From Bdellovibrionales bacterium (GTDB lineage Bacteria > Bdellovibrionota > Bdellovibrionia > Bdellovibrionales > CAYMLA01), in contig OZ244239.1 of the NCBI GenBank assembly GCA_965217115.1, positions 672,001-736,000 of the forward strand: 64,000 nucleotides of DNA, written 5' to 3'. Positions 60,388 through 64,000 of the stretch are shown here, in pieces. Position 1 is the first letter of the stretch. Every line of letters starts with the position of its first letter. A program made the translations under genes and the position numbers. The notes beneath the pieces were generated by a model. That model saw only the letters and a list, made by a program, of their open reading frames with translations, was not told the DNA's origin and did no database searches.

Positions 60388-61224
60388 ATGATAAAACCGA
60401 GTGTTAATAACACCAAAAACTCATCGAGGTATCATATTAAAATTAGTGACTCTATTTTTAAAATTAATGACAAAGTTACAGACTGTTACTTGATTCAAAA
60501 CAAAATTTATGGGGCCTTTGACCATTCTTTCCTTTTAGATATTATTAAAAAAAATCAAGTGGAAAATATCTTAGATGTGGGTACAGGGGAAGGTTCGTTT
60601 ATATTAGAATTAGAGACGCTGGTTCCAAAAATAAAAATTGAAGCCATAGATGCCAATGAAAATCTGATTCTAGCTGCCATAAAAAAGAGGAAAAACAGTG
60701 AAATCGATTTCAAAACAGGCCTATTTGATCAAAACTACACCTCCAAGACCTTTGGGCTGATTATAGCTCGCTTTGCTGTAGAGCATATGTCTAAGCCTTC
60801 TGAATTTCTTATAAATGCATTTGATAATCTTGCACATAAGGGATGTCTAGCCATTGTTGAATACCATGTTCATTTCTCAGGTAAAGAAATCCCCATTTGG
60901 AAGGCATTTAAAGATAAGGAAATAGAACTCTATAAAGCGGTAAACTCAAATCCTAACGTGACTTATGGGCTTACGCAGGGACTAGCCAAAGTTGGTTTTT
61001 CCAATATTAAATCCCAATGGCACTGTATTTCTCCATCAACCGTGGGGAGTGACATCTTTTTTAGTTTAATCATTACATACGCCCATTTATATAATAAAAT
61101 AAATGACCAAATTTGGACTTCATCTTTTGTGGAAGAGATCACCTCGTGGTCTAAAAATCAAAACGACGAAGACGAGGAACCCTCATTAATGATCACTCAC
61201 ACTGTGGGTCAAAAAATTCTTTAG
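60388..61224 (+). CDS. Class I SAM-dependent methyltransferase
   Basis: ILDVGTGEG motif I, acidic residue after strand 2 (AID), ARFAVEHM. Confidence 0.85.
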   Translation: MIKPSVNNTKNSSRYHIKISDSIFKINDKVTDCYLIQNKIYGAFDHSFLLDIIKKNQVENILDVGTGEGSFILELETLVPKIKIEAIDANENLILAAIKKRKNSEIDFKTGLFDQNYTSKTFGLIIARFAVEHMSKPSEFLINAFDNLAHKGCLAIVEYHVHFSGKEIPIWKAFKDKEIELYKAVNSNPNVTYGLTQGLAKVGFSNIKSQWHCISPSTVGSDIFFSLIITYAHLYNKINDQIWTSSFVEEITSWSKNQNDEDEEPSLMITHTVGQKIL

Positions 61225-61416
61225 CTCTAAAAAGCACTCTATTTTTAACAGTGGATCGGTTCTCATTTAGCCGACTATTTCTTTTTCCCAGATTTTCAAA
61301 GTAACAATAAATCTGACGTAACAGATATCCCAACCTGTACAACACCTTAGACTGGAACATCAGACTCATCGTACAAGTAAGTACCTCGCCATAACGAGAT
61401 ACTTACTAAATTTATA

Positions 61417-61893
61417 CTAATTTCTTTTATAAGAGCATTGAGTAAATGATTTAACTATTGGTGTTTTTCCTTTTCGTTCAAGAGTATATTTACTTGTATT
61501 TTCTGCATCACAAACATTTTTTATTTCAATCGTAATTCTTACCGAGGCATTGTTCTCTAAAGCATCCCTTGATTTATTGTCAGCAATAATTTTTGATGGC
61601 CCACATTCTCCGTTTGAGTGAAATTGACTTACAACATTCAGGGAGGTTACTATTGTTCCTTCTGAATCAACAATCTTAACAGATTGAATTAAACCATAAC
61701 TGGTTTCACCTTCATCAAAGTAACCTAACCTTTCAGAGAGATTGAAAGTATCAGTTAGTATTCCTCCATTTTCAAACTCAATATTTTCAGGCATAATATT
61801 AGTGCATGTAACATTGAGTTCATACGCAAATAAATCCGTCGTTAAAATAAATAAGCTTGCTACAATAAATAATTTCACCATGTTCTTCTCCAT
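61417..61893 (-). CDS. Secreted hypothetical protein
   Basis: Signal peptide (LFA-Y), four Cys. Confidence 0.7.
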   Translation of the reverse strand: MEKNMVKLFIVASLFILTTDLFAYELNVTCTNIMPENIEFENGGILTDTFNLSERLGYFDEGETSYGLIQSVKIVDSEGTIVTSLNVVSQFHSNGECGPSKIIADNKSRDALENNASVRITIEIKNVCDAENTSKYTLERKGKTPIVKSFTQCSYKRN

Positions 61894-62056
61894 TGTTTGT
61901 TGTTAATTTTTTTATTGAAAAGACCATAGCACAACGTCACTCTAGATTTAATCTGTCTTGAAATATTTACATGAGATCACAAGAGAAAGTGATGGCAAGC
62001 CTGAACACGCTTAGTTATTAATAGCTATGTGAACAATTATGAGTAATTATAATTAA

Positions 62057-62893
62057 ATGAGACCAAACCTTTTTAACTACACCGATTATAGAGTCTTTTT
62101 AACAGACTTTTTTAATTACAAAAAAAACTGTAACTCAGGCTGGAGCTACAGAAGCTGGTCAAATAACCTGGGAATAAAAAGTAACGCCTCTCTTCTGAAG
62201 ATTATTAATGGTGATAGGGAAATCGGTAATGAAATAAAATTAAAGCTTTTAAGGTATTTTTCTTTCACAGAAGATGAAACCATGTATTTTGAAGACCTTA
62301 TTAGATTATCAAAATTTCGCAAAGACTCTAGACTCTCCCATTTAATTTTCAAGAACCTTGCAAAAGAACACAGCACTAAGCATTACCGTGCTCTTACACC
62401 TGAAGAATTTAAAAAAATTTCAAACTGGATATATTTTATTTTAAGCTCTTTATCGAGAAGATCTGGTATTAAAAACGATGCCGAATGGATAAGTCAGAAT
62501 TTTATCTTTAATACAGAGAAGGAAGAGATTCAGACAATTATTGACGACATGCTAGATAAAGAAATACTTCATTTAGATAAGAGTAAAAACATGCTCGTCT
62601 CTTCAGCTAAATCTCTGAGGGCCTACGAAGGACTTTCTAAAAGCACTGATGATATGAAGAAAATCCATACTCAATTATTAGAGATTGCAAAGGAATGTAT
62701 AAATAATCACCAACAAGGCGATCACAAAATAATATTACACGGTTTTTCGTTAAATGTATCTCAAGATGATATTCCAGCCATGAATGAAATGATATATGAA
62801 TTCTTTGACGAACTCACTCAAAAGTTTTCAGTAGAAAATACACGTTCTGCCTATCAATTACAACTGCAATGCTTTCCCTTAACCAAAACCTAA
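62057..62893 (+). CDS. TIGR02147-family (DUF4423) HTH protein
   Basis: FNYTDYRVFL..WSYR....LGIKS...L..IING.R, NWIYF, terminal YQLQLQCFPLT. Confidence 0.85.
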   Translation: MRPNLFNYTDYRVFLTDFFNYKKNCNSGWSYRSWSNNLGIKSNASLLKIINGDREIGNEIKLKLLRYFSFTEDETMYFEDLIRLSKFRKDSRLSHLIFKNLAKEHSTKHYRALTPEEFKKISNWIYFILSSLSRRSGIKNDAEWISQNFIFNTEKEEIQTIIDDMLDKEILHLDKSKNMLVSSAKSLRAYEGLSKSTDDMKKIHTQLLEIAKECINNHQQGDHKIILHGFSLNVSQDDIPAMNEMIYEFFDELTQKFSVENTRSAYQLQLQCFPLTKT

Positions 62894-63236
62894 CTTTATT
62901 AGGATTTTTGTGCGGTTTTTATCTTTTGAGAATAATTAGGATTGCTCTAAAACAAAAATTAATGGCCTCTTGGTTATAGGTGTTTTTGTTTTGAATCGAA
63001 CGGACTTCTTCATTTACCAGTATACTCAACTTTAGGCCTTTCCGGTGTGATTATTTATGAGTCAATTCGAAAATCACTCTGGCATTGCGTTAAACAGATT
63101 ACTTCTTGCTTATTTACGAAGGGGCGTGGAGAGTAGAAGTTTCTTTAATTAAAGAAATTACAGGAAAGGCTCATAATAAAACCATTACTCATGTGAATAA
63201 ATAAAAAAAGGTGCTTTTAAAAGCGAACTCCAAAAT

Positions 63237-63839
63237 ATGGAAACTATGAATAAAATAAATGTTAATGACGTAGAAATTGACAGTTTTAGTCTTGAGGACG
63301 TTATTCATTTTACTAATTATTGGCACGATACTCCAAAGGAATTCTGGGAAGAGAGAGGGGTCACGCCTAATATCTTAATAAGTAGAGAGGAACACATAGA
63401 ACGTCTTAAAAAACGTGTCCTTAGTGATTCTATTTGTTCAGTGATATTTAAATCCCAGAGAATAGGTGTACATATACTTTCTCATCGTGAGGAAAAAAGT
63501 GCGCTTATGCATTCACACTATTGGAAAGCAAATTATCGAGGGTTAGGGATTGGCACAATAGCCTATGTTAAAGCAATGGAATGGTTTTTTTCTAATGCTG
63601 AATTAAAAAAAATTATCTTTAAAACTCCAAAAAAAAACATAGCTGCTAATCGAATAAAAGATAAACTTGGTATAAAAGCTCTCGGTGAAGTTATGTATAA
63701 GGGGCCAAAATTAAAAAATTCAGTCCCAGCTTTTTTATATGAGGTCAACGAAGAGAATTTACAAAATCTACGCTCTAAATTGCCCCCCATTTTGGCTCCT
63801 TATAAGGACCATTTTAACATAAAAAGTGGCCCTGGTTAG
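63237..63839 (+). CDS. GNAT-family N-acetyltransferase (RimJ/RimL-like)
   Basis: YRGLGIGT acetyl-CoA motif A, N..A.R...KLG motif B. Confidence 0.8.
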   Translation: METMNKINVNDVEIDSFSLEDVIHFTNYWHDTPKEFWEERGVTPNILISREEHIERLKKRVLSDSICSVIFKSQRIGVHILSHREEKSALMHSHYWKANYRGLGIGTIAYVKAMEWFFSNAELKKIIFKTPKKNIAANRIKDKLGIKALGEVMYKGPKLKNSVPAFLYEVNEENLQNLRSKLPPILAPYKDHFNIKSGPG

Positions 63840-64000
63840 CCCCAGTAGGTCAAGCTCATAAAAAACTGGATTGTTTCTTTTTCAACTTCAATAATTAATA
63901 TTCTCTTAGTGCCGAATAGTCTTTCTAACCAAGTGATCTTTAAAAAACTAGTGGTTGAAACTCACTTTTAAACCAACATTTTGGCCTAGCTCCTATTTTG

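Overview
A ~64 kb, AT-rich bacterial chromosome segment. Gene content (DUF507 pair, TIGR02147-like protein, many secreted hypotheticals, sigma-54 and sigma-28 promoters, free-standing rpsR/rpmB/rplX) points to Bdellovibrionota; this is inference. Most of it is housekeeping: pcrA (5'-truncated), PBP1B, ileS-lspA-lgt, purD, thyA-folA, ABC1 kinase, rnr, class I fumarase, ntrYX-like pair, rib genes, RlmL-like methyltransferase, ETF-QO and ribosomal proteins. The best candidate for an undescribed system is at 8.3-13.4 kb. A sigma-54 promoter precedes a CteB/SCIFF-like radical SAM-SPASM maturase with a probable RRE. It overlaps an unannotated 29-30 aa peptide (MKHIKIIKNTGKGTKKPSGIQCIPLGDLD) that has a ranthipeptide-type leader but only one Cys. 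A CHASE2 histidine kinase and a sigma-54 enhancer-binding response regulator follow immediately, suggesting a possible RiPP autoinducer circuit. Other notable items: a MITE family with 8-bp target duplications (3 copies plus a relic); a palindromic element whose core is conserved inside three unrelated outer stems (8 copies); a 274-bp tandem array carrying diverged copies of a neighbouring gene's 3' end; a secreted protein with 48 GGG(P/S)F/GGGQY repeats; a membrane Rieske/ferric-reductase/FMN redox cluster; several degenerate enzyme domains; and small or frameshifted ORFs missed by the ORF track. No rRNA, tRNA or CRISPR array was recognised.
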